Shown: positions 33,156 to 44,917, counted from the stretch's first letter. The stretch is DNA of 53,468 bases from an uncultured Planctomycetia bacterium (GCA_964372395.1 CAYJQV010000007.1:1-53468), one strand, 5' to 3'. Notes: generated by a model not told the origin, from the sequence alone. Numbers and translations: made by a program.

Positions 33156-33982
33156 ACACGGTGACAGTTCATCCCACAGCAGTCATTGATCCCGAGGCTG
33201 ATCTCGCCCCGGATGTCGAGATCGGCCCCTATGCGGTCATTGAGGGGCCGGTCCGGATCGGGCGGGGGACCAGGGTCTGGCCCCATGCGTATCTGGTAGC
33301 CCCCCTGGAGATCGGCGAGGAGTGCCAGATCCACGTGGGGGCGGTTTTGGGGCACCTGCACCAGGCGCTGCGGGAGCCGCAGGCCGGCGGGGTGCGGATC
33401 GGGGACCGGGCGATCATCCGGGAGTACGCCACGGTGCACCGGGCCTCGCAGCCGGGGGCCTGGACCACCATCGGGCCGGAGACGCTGCTCATGGGGCTGG
33501 CGCATGTGGCGCACGACTGCCACGTGGGATCCCGGGTGATCATCGCCAACGGAACGCTGGTGGCCGGGCATGTGACGATCGAGGACCGGGCGGTCCTCTC
33601 GGGGCACGTGGCGGTGCACCAGTTCGTCCGGATCGGGACGCTGGCGATGATCGCGGGCCTGGCGCGGGTGAACAAGGATGTCCCGCCCTATTTCCTGGTG
33701 AAGGGGGACTCCGAGGTGTGGGCGATGAACGGGGTGGGGCTGAAGCGGGCTGGCATCTCGGCGGAGACGCAGGGCAAGATCCGGGAGGCGTACCGCCTGC
33801 TCTACCGGGCGGGGCTCAACACCACCCAGGCGCTCAAGGCGATCCAAGCGATGCCGGCCAGGCCGCCGGAGGTGGAGCGCCTGGTCCGGTTCATCCAGGA
33901 GAGCGAGCGGGGGATCTGCCGGCATCACCTGCGGGTGCCCGAGGAATCGATCCTTGACATCGAGGACGAGGATGTGATTTAA
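33152..33982 (+). CDS. lpxA: acyl-ACP--UDP-N-acetylglucosamine O-acyltransferase
   Basis: Hexapeptide repeats in VHPTAVIDPEADLAPDVEIGPYAVIEGPVRIG, LMGLAHVAHDC and VNKDVPPY. ATGA overlap with rsmI. Confidence 0.9.
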   Translation: MNTVTVHPTAVIDPEADLAPDVEIGPYAVIEGPVRIGRGTRVWPHAYLVAPLEIGEECQIHVGAVLGHLHQALREPQAGGVRIGDRAIIREYATVHRASQPGAWTTIGPETLLMGLAHVAHDCHVGSRVIIANGTLVAGHVTIEDRAVLSGHVAVHQFVRIGTLAMIAGLARVNKDVPPYFLVKGDSEVWAMNGVGLKRAGISAETQGKIREAYRLLYRAGLNTTQALKAIQAMPARPPEVERLVRFIQESERGICRHHLRVPEESILDIEDEDVI

Positions 33983-33996
33983 TTACTGCCAGGAAG

Positions 33997-34693
<697 letters not shown>

Positions 34694-34695
34694 AG

Positions 34696-35673
34696 ATGCG
34701 CTGGACGCGGAAGGATCTTCTGGGGTTGGAGGAGCTCAGCCGGGAGGAGCTTTCTCTCCTTCTGGATCAGGCCAGGGCCTTCAAAGAGATCTCTTTAAGA
34801 CCGATCAAGAAGGTTCCGGCCCTGCGGGGCAGGACCGTCGCCCTCTGCTTCCTGGAGCCCTCCACCCGGACGCGGGCCTCCTTTGAGCTGGCTGCCAAGC
34901 GATTGTCCGCGGACATCCTCTCCTTCCAGGGGGCCTCCTCGAGTCTCGTGAAGGGGGAGACGGTGGTGGACACCGCCCGGAACGTGGAGGCGATGCGGGT
35001 GGACGCCATGGTGATCCGCCACAATACCAGCGGCATCCCCGCCCTGGTAGCGCGCGCGGTGAAGAGCAGCGTCATCAACGCGGGAGACGGATCCCACGAG
35101 CATCCCACGCAGGGGCTTGTGGACCTCTTCACCATTCAGGAAAAGAAGGGGCGGATCGAGGGGCTCCAGGTCCTGATCGTGGGGGACATCCTCCATTCGC
35201 GCGTTGCCCGATCCGATCTCTGGGGGCTCACCAGGCTCGGAGCCAAGGTCACGCTCTGCGGGCCGCCCACCCTTCTGCCGCAGGCGATGGAGCGGCTGGG
35301 GGCGAGGGTCTGCTATCGGCTGGAGGAGGCCCTTCCAGACGCCGACGTCCTCATTGCGCTGCGGCTGCAGCTCGAGCGGCAGCAGGAGCAGTACATCCCT
35401 TCCTTCCGGGAGTACACCCGGGCGTACGGGATCGACCGGCAGAAGCTGGAGCTGGCCAAGCCGGAGCTGGTGCTCATGCACCCGGGGCCGGTCAACCGGG
35501 GGGTGGAGCTTTCGCCGGAGGTGGCGGACGGCCCGCAGTCGGTGATCCTGGAGCAGGTGACCAACGGGATCGCGGTCCGGATGGCGGTCCTCTACCTGGT
35601 CTGCGGCGCCCAGACCGGCGAGCCGGCTTCGGCACCTGCGCCGGAACCGGCTCCGGAGGGGGTGCCGACGTGA
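34696..35673 (+). CDS. pyrB: aspartate carbamoyltransferase catalytic subunit
   Basis: FLEPSTRTRASFE, HPTQGLVD and HPGP motifs. Confidence 0.93.
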   Translation: MRWTRKDLLGLEELSREELSLLLDQARAFKEISLRPIKKVPALRGRTVALCFLEPSTRTRASFELAAKRLSADILSFQGASSSLVKGETVVDTARNVEAMRVDAMVIRHNTSGIPALVARAVKSSVINAGDGSHEHPTQGLVDLFTIQEKKGRIEGLQVLIVGDILHSRVARSDLWGLTRLGAKVTLCGPPTLLPQAMERLGARVCYRLEEALPDADVLIALRLQLERQQEQYIPSFREYTRAYGIDRQKLELAKPELVLMHPGPVNRGVELSPEVADGPQSVILEQVTNGIAVRMAVLYLVCGAQTGEPASAPAPEPAPEGVPT

Positions 35674-36980
35674 AGGGCTCCTCGCTCCTGATCCGGGGAG
35701 GCCGTCTGGTGGATCCGGCCCAGGGGCTGGACGAGACGGCCGATCTTCTCATCCAAGAGGGCAAGGTGGCCCGGGTCGGCAGGAATCTGAAGGCGGAAGC
35801 CGCCCAGATCATCGAGGCCCGGGGCAAGGTGGTCGTCCCCGGCTTCATCGACCTGCACGTCCACCTGCGCTCTCCGGGGCAGGAGCACAAGGAGACGCTG
35901 GCCACCGGATTCCAGGCCGCGCTGCGCGGAGGATTCACCACCGTCTGCACGATGGCCAACACCGAGCCCGTAGTGGACACCCCGGCGGTCGTCGAGTACC
36001 TCAAGGGGGAGAGTGCCAGGGTGGGGCTGGTGAACCTCCTGCCCTTTGCGGCGGTCACGATGGGATTGAAGGGGGAGGTGCTCACCGAGATGGGGGCGCT
36101 CGAGAAGGCGGGTGCGGTGGGATTCTCGGATGACGGGATGCCGATCGCCAGCGCCGGCGTCCTGCGCCGTGCGCTGGAGTACAGCCGGATGACGGGGCGG
36201 CCGGTCATCGATCACTGCGAGGACAAAAGCTTGAGCGCCCACGGGGTTGCCCACGAAGGGGTGACCTCCCTGCGGCTGGGGTTGGCCGGGATCCCCGCGG
36301 AGGCGGAGACGGTCATGCTGGCGAGGGATCTGTTGCTTGCGGAGGCCACGGGCGGCCGGCTGCACGTGGCCCACGTGAGCACGGCGGCCGGCGTGGAGCT
36401 CATCCGGGCGGCGAAGAAAAAGGGAGTGGCCGTCACGGCGGAGGTGACCCCGCATCATCTCGTGCTCACGGAGGAGGCGCTCAACACCTACGACGCGCGG
36501 TTCAAGATGAATCCCCCCTTGAGGAGCCAGACGGACATGGCGGCGCTCCGCCAGGGGCTGAAGGAGGGCACCCTCGATGCGGTGGCAACGGATCATGCCC
36601 CGCACGCGCATGCGGAGAAGGAGACGGGATTGGTCCAGGCGCCCTTCGGGGTGATTGGGCTGGAAACGGCGCTGCCGGTTCTGCTCACGGAGCTGGTGGG
36701 ATCGGGGGCGCTCACGTTTCCAGAGCTCATCGTGGCCCTGACCTGCCGGCCTGCGAAGGTCCTGGGGCTGGACCGGGGCACGCTGAAAGCCGGCGCGCCG
36801 GCGGACGTGACGATCCTGGATCCGGAGGCCGAGTGGGTCATTGATCCGGCGGCCTTTTCCTCGAAGAGCCAGAACAGCCCTTTCCTCGGCTGGAGGGTGA
36901 AGGGGCGAGTGACCGATGTCGTGAGGGATGGGGTGGTGAAGTATCGGCAGGGGCAGTTCCTGAACGGAGCGGCCGGATGA
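35670..36980 (+). CDS. pyrC: dihydroorotase
   Basis: PGFIDLHVHLRSPG, HVAHVST and ATDHAPH motifs. Confidence 0.92.
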   Translation: MKGSSLLIRGGRLVDPAQGLDETADLLIQEGKVARVGRNLKAEAAQIIEARGKVVVPGFIDLHVHLRSPGQEHKETLATGFQAALRGGFTTVCTMANTEPVVDTPAVVEYLKGESARVGLVNLLPFAAVTMGLKGEVLTEMGALEKAGAVGFSDDGMPIASAGVLRRALEYSRMTGRPVIDHCEDKSLSAHGVAHEGVTSLRLGLAGIPAEAETVMLARDLLLAEATGGRLHVAHVSTAAGVELIRAAKKKGVAVTAEVTPHHLVLTEEALNTYDARFKMNPPLRSQTDMAALRQGLKEGTLDAVATDHAPHAHAEKETGLVQAPFGVIGLETALPVLLTELVGSGALTFPELIVALTCRPAKVLGLDRGTLKAGAPADVTILDPEAEWVIDPAAFSSKSQNSPFLGWRVKGRVTDVVRDGVVKYRQGQFLNGAAG

Positions 36981-37726
36981 ATCGCGCAATCCCGCTCTTC
37001 TTGGCGGGGGCGATCGGGCTGGCGGGACGGGCCGCGTTCGCCGAGGAGGGGCCGGCGCTCTCCAAGAAGGAGCCGGCACCTCTGGTGGAACAGGAGCCGG
37101 CGCTCCCGAAGGAGGCGCTGGAGATCGGGCGAAAGGCCTCGAGCTGGAAGAGCTACCGGGCCGAGTTCGCCCTGGAGGCGAAGGAGGAGGGCGGAGGGCT
37201 GTTCAAACTGCGAGGGGTCCTTCTCTTCAAGCAGCCGAACCTCAGGCGCCTGGAGATCTGGGAAGGGGACAGCGTGGAGCCGACGCAGATCCTGGTTTCC
37301 GACGGGAAGGTGGAGTGGCAGTACCATCCGCAGAACGCGGTGGTGTACCGGCTTGCAGAGCCGGTGGCCCCCCCGGGCCCCCATCGGCCGTTTGGCGAGG
37401 CCATGCCGGGAACGGTCCGGTTCATCGAGCGGGTGGGCGAGGCCGGGCAGGGCCGGCTGCGGTTTGAAGCGGAGCCGATCCCCGCCGCGGTGGAGGCATA
37501 CGCCTCCGCGATCCAGAAGCTCCGGATCGAGGTGTCTGAGCAGGATGGGCTGGCGAGGGATCTCCTCCTGCTGGATCCGGACGGGAATACGGTGCTCACC
37601 CAGCGCTTCACGAAGGTGGAGGTCAATGTCCCAACGGACGCGAACGGTTTTTCCTTTGTCCCGACGGAAGGGGTGGCGGTGATTGATGTGCCCCGGCCTG
37701 AGCCGGTCGGGGCCAAGGAGCCGTAG
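36977..37726 (+). CDS. LolA-like / outer-membrane lipoprotein-sorting family periplasmic protein
   Basis: Signal peptide MNRAIPLFLAGAIGLAGRAAFA, and the pattern FKQPNLRRLEI....ILVSDGKVEWQYHPQNAVVYR. ATGA overlap with pyrC. Confidence 0.45.
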   Translation: MNRAIPLFLAGAIGLAGRAAFAEEGPALSKKEPAPLVEQEPALPKEALEIGRKASSWKSYRAEFALEAKEEGGGLFKLRGVLLFKQPNLRRLEIWEGDSVEPTQILVSDGKVEWQYHPQNAVVYRLAEPVAPPGPHRPFGEAMPGTVRFIERVGEAGQGRLRFEAEPIPAAVEAYASAIQKLRIEVSEQDGLARDLLLLDPDGNTVLTQRFTKVEVNVPTDANGFSFVPTEGVAVIDVPRPEPVGAKEP

Positions 37727-37737
37727 GTCTCATTCAA

Positions 37738-38073
37738 ATGAAGGAGGTGGCGCGCATGCGTTCGACTTGGAAGACGTGGGCAAGCCTGCTTGGGTTGGTG
37801 CTCTTCGCGACGGGGGCGTCGGTCGAGGGGGTCCAGGAGGCCCGGCGTTGGCAGCACAATGGCGATATCCCCACCGCGCTGGGGCAGTGGGACGCGGCTT
37901 ATGTCTACTACCGCAGGACCGCGGAGCTCTTCCCGGATACCGCACGGGGCAGGTACGCCGCCTCACGCTCCCGGCGGATGCGCAGCATCCTGCTCCGGCC
38001 GGAGCGTGGGCCGGGGGAGGAGAGCGGCGCCGCGTGGGTGGGGGAGTTCATCGATTTCCTGACCTGGCCTTAG
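37738..38073 (+). CDS. hypothetical small secreted protein
   Basis: Hydrophobic N-terminus WASLLGLVLFATGASVEG. No recognisable family. Confidence 0.35.
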   Translation: MKEVARMRSTWKTWASLLGLVLFATGASVEGVQEARRWQHNGDIPTALGQWDAAYVYYRRTAELFPDTARGRYAASRSRRMRSILLRPERGPGEESGAAWVGEFIDFLTWP

Positions 38074-38088
38074 ATCGGAAGGGGGCGG

Positions 38089-38544
38089 GTGCGGTTTCTC
38101 GTCACACCGGAGCTGGGCCGACTGGCCCGGTGGCTGCGGCTCCTCGGATACGACACAGCGTATGCGCCGCTGGGCCAGCCGTGGCGCGAGGTCCTCATCC
38201 AGGCGATGCAGGAGCAGCGGCTGCTGGTCGCGCGGGACGGACGGTACCGGGGCGGACGGGGCGTGCAGGTCGTGAGGATCGCCAGCGACCGCCTGAGGGA
38301 CCAGCTCAGGGAGTTCCTGGCGGCGCTGGAGGCCGCTCCAGAGGAAGGGGCGATCTTCAGCCGGTGCCTGCGCTGCAATGAGCCGCTGGAGGAGATGCGG
38401 AGGGAATCGGTGGCTGCAAGGGTTCCCCCCTACGTTCTTCGGACGGCCAAGGAGTTCGTGCGCTGTGCGCGGTGCGATCGGATCTACTGGCCGGGGACGC
38501 ACCTGGATCTGGCAGAGGCATTCTTGAGAGAGGTTTCGGGATGA
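38089..38544 (+). CDS. Mut7-C RNase domain (DUF82, PIN-like) protein
   Basis: FLVTPELGRLARWLRLLGYDT, LLVARD and the C-terminal zinc ribbon CLRCN...CARCDRIYWPGTH. Confidence 0.7.
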   Translation: MRFLVTPELGRLARWLRLLGYDTAYAPLGQPWREVLIQAMQEQRLLVARDGRYRGGRGVQVVRIASDRLRDQLREFLAALEAAPEEGAIFSRCLRCNEPLEEMRRESVAARVPPYVLRTAKEFVRCARCDRIYWPGTHLDLAEAFLREVSG

Positions 38545-39779
38545 AGATCGTTGCCGATTTCCACCTGCATTCCAAGTACAGCCGGGCGACAAGCAGCCGG
38601 CTGGACCTGGACCTTCTGGCGCAGTGGGCCAGGTACAAGGGGATCCAGCTCCTGGGGACGGGCGACTCGACGCACCCCCTGTGGATGCAGGAGCTCAAGT
38701 CCAAGCTCAAGCCGGCCTCCGGTGGGCTATACGAATACAACGGGGTCTGGTTCCTTCCGACCGCGGAGGTGAACACCCTGTTCCTCTCGGGTGCGAAGAG
38801 CCACCGGATCCACATCCTGCTCTTCTTCCCGAGTCTCGAGGTGGCGCAGGCGCTGAACCAGAAGCTGGCCCGGTACGGGGATCTGAACAGCGACGGCAGG
38901 CCCTCCCTGCGGCTCTCCGCCCGGGATCTGACGAGGATGGCGCTCGACACCTCGCCGAAAATCCTGGTCGTGCCTGCGCATGCCTGGACGCCCCATTTCA
39001 GCGTGTTCGGGGCCAACTCCGGATTCGACACGGTGGAGGAATGCTTCGGGGATCAGGCGAGCCAGATCCATTGCCTGGAGACCGGCCTCTCCAGCGACCC
39101 GGCCATGAACTGGCGTCTGAGTCGGCTGGACCGCTACACGCTCATCTCCAACTCCGACTCCCACGCGGCCCAGCGGATCGGCCGCGAGGCGAATGTCTTT
39201 GACTGCGAGCCAGGCTACGACCCGATCGCCTCAATCCTCCGGACCAAGGATGCCCGGCGATTCCTCTACACCATCGAGTTCTTCCCGGAAGAGGGGAAAT
39301 ACCACTACGACGGCCACCGGCTCTGCAAGGTGCGCGTTTCACCCGAGGAGGCGGCCCGGCAGGGCAACCGCTGCCCGGCCTGCGGGAGGAAGGTGACGGT
39401 GGGGGTGATGCATCGGGTCGCCGAGCTGGCCGACCGGCCGGAGGATTACCGTCCCGCGCAGGAGATCCCCTTCAGGCATCTGGTCCCGCTGGACCAGATC
39501 ATCGCCGAGGCGCGCGGGGTGGGGGTGGGGACCAAATCGGTCGAGCAGGAGTACCTGGATCTGGTGCAGCGGGTCGGGACAGAGCTGGAGATCCTGCTGG
39601 AGCTGCCGGAGGAGGCCCTGCGCAAGCAGCTGTCGCCCCGGCTCCTCGACGGGATCCTGCGGGTGCGCAGGTCCCAGGTGGAGATCCTGCCGGGATACGA
39701 CGGGGAGTATGGAGAGGTGAAGATCTTCAAGGAGGGACAGGAGTCGGCTGGGGAGAAGCAGCTGACCCTGTTCGAGTAG
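38541..39779 (+). CDS. endonuclease Q-like PHP-domain protein (TIGR00375 family)
   Basis: MKIVADFHLHSKYSRATS..LGTGDSTHPLW, VPAHAWTPHFSVFG, SNSDSH and zinc finger CPACGRKVTVGVMHRV. ATGA overlap with the Mut7-C gene. Confidence 0.7.
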   Translation: MKIVADFHLHSKYSRATSSRLDLDLLAQWARYKGIQLLGTGDSTHPLWMQELKSKLKPASGGLYEYNGVWFLPTAEVNTLFLSGAKSHRIHILLFFPSLEVAQALNQKLARYGDLNSDGRPSLRLSARDLTRMALDTSPKILVVPAHAWTPHFSVFGANSGFDTVEECFGDQASQIHCLETGLSSDPAMNWRLSRLDRYTLISNSDSHAAQRIGREANVFDCEPGYDPIASILRTKDARRFLYTIEFFPEEGKYHYDGHRLCKVRVSPEEAARQGNRCPACGRKVTVGVMHRVAELADRPEDYRPAQEIPFRHLVPLDQIIAEARGVGVGTKSVEQEYLDLVQRVGTELEILLELPEEALRKQLSPRLLDGILRVRRSQVEILPGYDGEYGEVKIFKEGQESAGEKQLTLFE

Positions 39780-39785
39780 GCGGCG

Positions 39786-40907
39786 ATGAAGGCCCTCTTG
39801 GCTTTAGAGGACGGCACCGTCTTCCACGGGGAGTCGTTTGGGGCTGCCGGTGAGGTGGCGGGGGAGGTGATCTTCAACACCTCCATGACCGGCTATCAGG
39901 AGATCCTGACCGATCCCTCGTACAAGGGGCAGATCGTGACGATGACCTACCCTCTGATCGGCAACTACGGGGTGAACAAGAGCGATGTGGAGTCGGCAAA
40001 GCCCCAGGTGGAGGGATTCGTCATCCGGGCGCTCAGCCCGGTCGCCTCCAGCTGGCGCAAGGAGGCGACGCTGGAGGAATGGCTGAAGGCGCACGGCACG
40101 GTGGCCATCCAGGGGGTGGATACGCGGGCCCTGACGGTTCTGCTGCGCGAGAAAGGGGCCCTGAAGGGAATCCTCTCGACGGCGGACCTGGATCCCGCGC
40201 GGCTGGTGAAAAAGGCGAAGGAGTCGCCCGGGCTGCTGGGGCGGGACCTGGTGAAGGAGGTGACGTGCGGCGAGATCCATGCGTGGAGTGAGGAAATCCC
40301 AAAGGGGTCTGACCCCAAAAGCCATTCCGGGGTCAGACCCCATGTGGCGGCGGTGGACTGCGGGATGAAGGCCCACATCCCCCGGATGCTGACCCAGGCC
40401 GGGTGCCAGGTGACCGTGGTCCCCGCGACGGCGACCGCCCGCGAGATCCTGGAGATGAAGCCGGACGGGCTGTTCCTCTCCAACGGGCCCGGCGATCCGG
40501 AAGGGATGCCCTATCTCGTCTCCGCGGTCCGGGACTGTGTGGGCCGGCTGCCGATCTTCGGGATCTGCCTGGGGCACCAGATCCTGGGGCTGGCCCTGGG
40601 AGGCAAGACGTACAAGCTCAAGTTCGGTCACCACGGAGCAAACCATCCGGTCATGGATCTGGCGACCGGCCGCGTCGAGATCACCGCGCAGAACCATGGC
40701 TTCTCGGTGGATCCCGATTCGATCCCGGGGGGAGCGGTGGAGGTTACCCATCGGAACCTGAACGACAAGACCTGCGAGGGGATGCGCCACCGGGAGCAAC
40801 CGGTCTTCTCGGTCCAGTACCATCCGGAGGCCTCCCCCGGCCCGCATGATTCCCGGCATCTCTTCAGGAGATTCGTCCGGATGATGGAGACGGGGGTGGC
40901 GCCATGA
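39786..40907 (+). CDS. carA: carbamoyl-phosphate synthase small (glutaminase) subunit
   Basis: [28 protein letters not shown] and HHGANHPV motifs. Carries palindromic element E1 in the inter-domain linker. Confidence 0.95.
   Translation: MKALLALEDGTVFHGESFGAAGEVAGEVIFNTSMTGYQEILTDPSYKGQIVTMTYPLIGNYGVNKSDVESAKPQVEGFVIRALSPVASSWRKEATLEEWLKAHGTVAIQGVDTRALTVLLREKGALKGILSTADLDPARLVKKAKESPGLLGRDLVKEVTCGEIHAWSEEIPKGSDPKSHSGVRPHVAAVDCGMKAHIPRMLTQAGCQVTVVPATATAREILEMKPDGLFLSNGPGDPEGMPYLVSAVRDCVGRLPIFGICLGHQILGLALGGKTYKLKFGHHGANHPVMDLATGRVEITAQNHGFSVDPDSIPGGAVEVTHRNLNDKTCEGMRHREQPVFSVQYHPEASPGPHDSRHLFRRFVRMMETGVAP
40304..40341 (+). repeat. palindromic element E1, in frame in carA
   Basis: GGGGTCTGACCCC-aaaagccattcc-GGGGTCAGACCCC, translated [13 protein letters not shown]. 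Confidence 0.9.
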
Positions 40908-41569
40908 AGAGACTGTTGTTGGCGGGAGCGGGGCTCGTCCTGGCGCTGGCGATTTTCCTGATCTGGAGCAGGGCGATCCACCACGAGAATTCGCTTCCGC
41001 CGGAATCGCCCCCGGCTCCCGCCGAGCCAGCCGGTCCGGTCCCCGTGCCGGTGGTTTCACCGGAGGAGCAGCCGGCACGCGAGACAACCCCGCCCCGGCC
41101 CACGGCACCGGTCCAGGTCCGTTTCGAGGCGCCGGCGTCAGCGCCGTTCGGGCAGGGCACCCCGGTGGTCCTCGTGGTTGAAAGCGACCCGAAGGCCTGG
41201 CCGGAGAGCGTGGAGGGGGAGGTCACGCTGGAGCTTCTCCTGCGGCTGCCGGTGGGGGTCCGGCTGGAGTCCGACGGCTGGGCCGGCGTGGAGCTGCCGG
41301 CAGAGGAGAAGGATGATCGGAGCGGACCGTGGTCCCTCTTCGAGCGGAAGATCTCCGTTCGGATCCCGGCGGGGGAGATCCCGCTGGTCGTGGCCCGGGA
41401 GGCCATCTCGCTGGCCGTCATCGAACAGGGGACCAACTGGATCATGACCGTCCGCGCCCGTCTGGTGAGCGGCTCCGAGGCCTGGCAGAGTTTCGGCGTC
41501 CTCTTCGCCACCGTCCAAGCAGGTCAAGCAGAGTTCCACACGGTTCCCCGCCCCACAGGGAATGCCTAA
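40904..41569 (+). CDS. hypothetical membrane-anchored Pro-rich protein between carA and carB
   Basis: N-terminal [20 protein letters not shown], then a [19 protein letters not shown] linker. ATGA overlap with carA and an 8-nt overlap with carB. Confidence 0.5.
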   Translation: MKRLLLAGAGLVLALAIFLIWSRAIHHENSLPPESPPAPAEPAGPVPVPVVSPEEQPARETTPPRPTAPVQVRFEAPASAPFGQGTPVVLVVESDPKAWPESVEGEVTLELLLRLPVGVRLESDGWAGVELPAEEKDDRSGPWSLFERKISVRIPAGEIPLVVAREAISLAVIEQGTNWIMTVRARLVSGSEAWQSFGVLFATVQAGQAEFHTVPRPTGNA

Positions 41570-44500
41570 GAGAACCGACCTCAAGAAGATCCTGATCATC
41601 GGATCCGGCCCCATCATCATCTCCCAGGCCTGCGAGTTCGATTACTCCGGGACCCAGGCCTGCAAGGCCCTGCGCGAGGAGGGCTACTCGGTGGTTCTGG
41701 TCAACTCCAATCCCGCCACCATCATGACCGATCCGGAGTTTGCCGATCGGACCTACGTGGAGCCGGTGACCGCGGAGGCGGTGGAGAAGGTGATCCTTCG
41801 GGAGAAGCCGGATGCGCTCCTGCCCACGCTGGGTGGGCAGACCGGCCTCAACGTGGCGATGCAGCTCGCCCAGTCCGGCGTGCTGGAGCGCTGCGGGGTT
41901 GAGATGATCGGGGCGAACGCGCAGGCGATTGCCAAGGCGGAGGACCGGGAGCTGTTCAAGCAGACCGTGCTGGCGCACGGGCTGGACGTTCCCCGCAGCG
42001 GGGTGGCGCACAGCCTCGATGAGGCGCGCCGGGTCGCCGAGGAGATCGGCTTCCCGGTCGTGGTGCGGCCCGCCTTCACGCTGGGAGGGACCGGCGGAGG
42101 GGTGGCGTACAACTGGGAGGAGTTCCAGAGGACCGCGGAGATGGGCCTGAGCCTGAGCATGGTCTCCGAGATCCTCATCGAGGAGTCGGTGGAGGGGTGG
42201 AAGGAGTTTGAGTTGGAGGTGATGCGGGACCGGAAGGACAACGTCGTGATCGTCTGCTCGATCGAGAACCTGGACCCCATGGGAATCCACACGGGGGATT
42301 CGATCACGGTCGCCCCGACCCAGACCCTGACCGACAAGGAACTCCAGGCGATGCGCAGCGACGCCATCACCGTGATCCGCGCCATCGGCGTGGAGACGGG
42401 GGGATCGAACATCCAGTTCGCCGTCCATCCGGAGACGGGCCGGCGGGTGGTGATCGAGATGAACCCGCGCGTCTCCCGGTCGTCCGCGCTGGCCTCGAAG
42501 GCCACGGGCTTCCCGATCGCCAAGATCGCGGCGAAGCTGGCGGTCGGCTACACGCTGGACGAGATCCCCAACGACATCACGAAGAAGACCCCGGCCTGCT
42601 TCGAGCCGACGCTGGACTACTGCGTGGTGAAGATCCCCCGATGGGCGTTTGAGAAGTTTCCGGCCGCGGATCCCACGCTCACCATCCAGATGAAGTCCGT
42701 CGGGGAGGCGATGGCGATCGGCCGGACCTTCAAGGAGGCGCTGCAGAAGGGCCTCCGGTCCCTGGAGATCGGGCGGGCGGGGTTGGGAGCCGATGGGAAG
42801 GACGCCCCCGCCCCCGATCTGGACGAGCTCAGGAGGAAGCTCCACACCCCCAACGCCGACCGGATCTTCGCCCTGCGGCTGGCCATGCAGGCGGGGATGT
42901 CCAACGAGGAGATCCATCGGCTCACCCGGATCGATCCCTGGTTCCTGCAGGAGATCCGCCAGATCGTCGATCTGGAGCAGGAGCTAAAGGGGTCAGACCC
43001 CTTCAAAAGGGGTCTGACCCCAACACGTTTTGACCCGGGGCTGCTCCTCAAGGCGAAGCAGTACGGCTTCAGCGACAGGCAGCTTTCCTTTCTCTGGGGC
43101 AAGCCGGAGCTTCAGATCCGGAAGTGGCGGTTCGGGCTGGGCGTGCGGCCGCGCTTTTATCCCGTGGACACCTGCGCTGCGGAGTTCGAGGCGTACACGC
43201 CTTACTACTACTCCACGTATGAGCGTGTTCCGGAAAACCTAGCGGGGTCTGACCCCTTCGGCTCCACCCCATCTTTAAGAGAGGGTCAGACCCCAGCAGG
43301 GGTTAAGAAGGTGATGATCCTGGGCGGCGGCCCCAACCGGATCGGGCAGGGGATCGAGTTTGACTACTGCTGTGTCCGGGCGGCCTTTGCCCTCCGGGAG
43401 GCCGGCTGCCGGACGATCATGGTCAACTCCAACCCGGAGACCGTCTCCACCGACTACGACACCTCCGACGTCCTGTACTTTGAGCCGCTGACCTTCGAGG
43501 ATGTGCTGAACATCGTGGACGAGGAGAGGCCGGACGGGGTGATCATCCAGCTCGGCGGGCAGACGCCGCTCAACCTCGCGCTGGCGCTGGATCAGGCTGG
43601 CGTTCGGATCCTGGGGACCTCCTCGGAGGCGGTGGATCGGGCGGAGGACCGCAAGAAGTTCAGCCAGCTCATCGAGAAGCTGGGCCTGAAGCAGCCGCCC
43701 AACGGGACCGCCCACGAGGGCGGCGAGGCGCTTGCCATCGCCCGGCGGCTCACCTTCCCGGTTCTGGTGCGGCCCTCCTATGTGCTGGGGGGGCGGGCCA
43801 TGGAGATCGTCTACGACGAGGAGGGGCTCGCCTTTTACATGGCGCATGCGGTCCAGGCCTCCCCGGAGCATCCGGTGCTGGTGGACAAATTTCTGGAGGA
43901 TGCGATCGAGGTGGACGTGGATCTGGTGGCGGACGGCCAGGAGGCGCTGATCGGAGGGATCCTCGAGCACGTGGAGGAGGCCGGGGTTCACTCGGGGGAC
44001 GCGGCGATGGTCCTGCCTGCGCACACCCTGCCGGCGGCCGTGCTGGATCAGATCCGGGATGCGAGCCGGCGCCTCGCGCGGGAGCTCCAGGTGCGCGGGC
44101 TCATGAACATCCAGTTTGCCGTCAAGGACGGCCAGGTGTACGTGCTGGAGGTAAACCCCCGCGCCTCCCGGACGGTCCCCTTTGTCTCGAAGGCCGTCGC
44201 GGTTCCCCTCGTGAAGCTCGCGACCCTGGTGATGACCGGCTCTCGCCTCCGGGAGTTGGGCTTTACGCAGGAGGTTCGCCTGCCGTTTACGGCGGTCAAG
44301 GAGTCGGTCTTCCCCTTCGCCCGGTTCTTCGGGGTGGACATCATCCTGGGGCCGGAGATGCGCTCCACCGGCGAGGTGATGGGGATCGACACCACTTTCG
44401 GGATGGCCTTTGCCAAGTCGCAGATGGCGACCTATCAGAAGGTGCCGCTGGAGGGAACGGTCTTCCTGAGCGTCAAGGACCGGGACAAGCCGGCGGCTCT

Positions 44501-44909
44501 GGGGATTGCGCGCCGGCTGGTTCAGCTGGGATTCCAGATCGTCTCGACGCGCGGGACGGCGGCCGCCCTGCGCCAGCACGGGGTGCAGGCGGGGGAGGTC
44601 AAGAAGATCTACGAAGGCCGGCCGGATGTCCTGGATTTCCTGCGCGATTCGAAGGTGGACCTCATCATCAACACCCCGGCGGGGAAGGCGACCAAGGAAG
44701 ACGAGACCAAGATCCGCTCCCTGGCCGTGTCGCGGGGGATCCCCTGTGTGACCACCATCCCGGGCGCCCAGGCCCTGGTCACGGGGATCGACGCCCTCAA
44801 GAACCAGGGGTACGGCGTCTGCTCCCTCCAGGAATGGCATGAGCGGATCCGGGCGGGGCAGAGCTCCGGCTCCAGCAGGAGCGGGCCGGTCGCGGTGGCC
44901 AGGAGCTGA
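41562..44909 (+). CDS. carB: carbamoyl-phosphate synthase large subunit
   Basis: [25 protein letters not shown], and a second half [22 protein letters not shown]. 1115 aa. Carries elements E2 and E3. Confidence 0.97.
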   Translation: MPKRTDLKKILIIGSGPIIISQACEFDYSGTQACKALREEGYSVVLVNSNPATIMTDPEFADRTYVEPVTAEAVEKVILREKPDALLPTLGGQTGLNVAMQLAQSGVLERCGVEMIGANAQAIAKAEDRELFKQTVLAHGLDVPRSGVAHSLDEARRVAEEIGFPVVVRPAFTLGGTGGGVAYNWEEFQRTAEMGLSLSMVSEILIEESVEGWKEFELEVMRDRKDNVVIVCSIENLDPMGIHTGDSITVAPTQTLTDKELQAMRSDAITVIRAIGVETGGSNIQFAVHPETGRRVVIEMNPRVSRSSALASKATGFPIAKIAAKLAVGYTLDEIPNDITKKTPACFEPTLDYCVVKIPRWAFEKFPAADPTLTIQMKSVGEAMAIGRTFKEALQKGLRSLEIGRAGLGADGKDAPAPDLDELRRKLHTPNADRIFALRLAMQAGMSNEEIHRLTRIDPWFLQEIRQIVDLEQELKGSDPFKRGLTPTRFDPGLLLKAKQYGFSDRQLSFLWGKPELQIRKWRFGLGVRPRFYPVDTCAAEFEAYTPYYYSTYERVPENLAGSDPFGSTPSLREGQTPAGVKKVMILGGGPNRIGQGIEFDYCCVRAAFALREAGCRTIMVNSNPETVSTDYDTSDVLYFEPLTFEDVLNIVDEERPDGVIIQLGGQTPLNLALALDQAGVRILGTSSEAVDRAEDRKKFSQLIEKLGLKQPPNGTAHEGGEALAIARRLTFPVLVRPSYVLGGRAMEIVYDEEGLAFYMAHAVQASPEHPVLVDKFLEDAIEVDVDLVADGQEALIGGILEHVEEAGVHSGDAAMVLPAHTLPAAVLDQIRDASRRLARELQVRGLMNIQFAVKDGQVYVLEVNPRASRTVPFVSKAVAVPLVKLATLVMTGSRLRELGFTQEVRLPFTAVKESVFPFARFFGVDIILGPEMRSTGEVMGIDTTFGMAFAKSQMATYQKVPLEGTVFLSVKDRDKPAALGIARRLVQLGFQIVSTRGTAAALRQHGVQAGEVKKIYEGRPDVLDFLRDSKVDLIINTPAGKATKEDETKIRSLAVSRGIPCVTTIPGAQALVTGIDALKNQGYGVCSLQEWHERIRAGQSSGSSRSGPVAVARS
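42989..43021 (+). repeat. palindromic element E2, in frame in carB
   Basis: GGGGTCAGACCCC-ttcaaaa-GGGGTCTGACCCC, translated [12 protein letters not shown]. Confidence 0.9.
43244..43294 (+). repeat. palindromic element E3, in frame in carB (linker between the two synthetase halves)
   Basis: GGGGTCTGACCCC-25 nt-AGGGTCAGACCCC, translated [18 protein letters not shown]. Confidence 0.85.
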
Positions 44910-44917
44910 GGACCCGC

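Noticed and set aside
38524-38540. TCTTGAGAGAGGTT upstream of the EndoQ-like gene, as another PyrR box.
   Set aside because: It carries an extra GA relative to UCCAGAGAGG, has no flanking stem, and lies inside the Mut7-C coding sequence.
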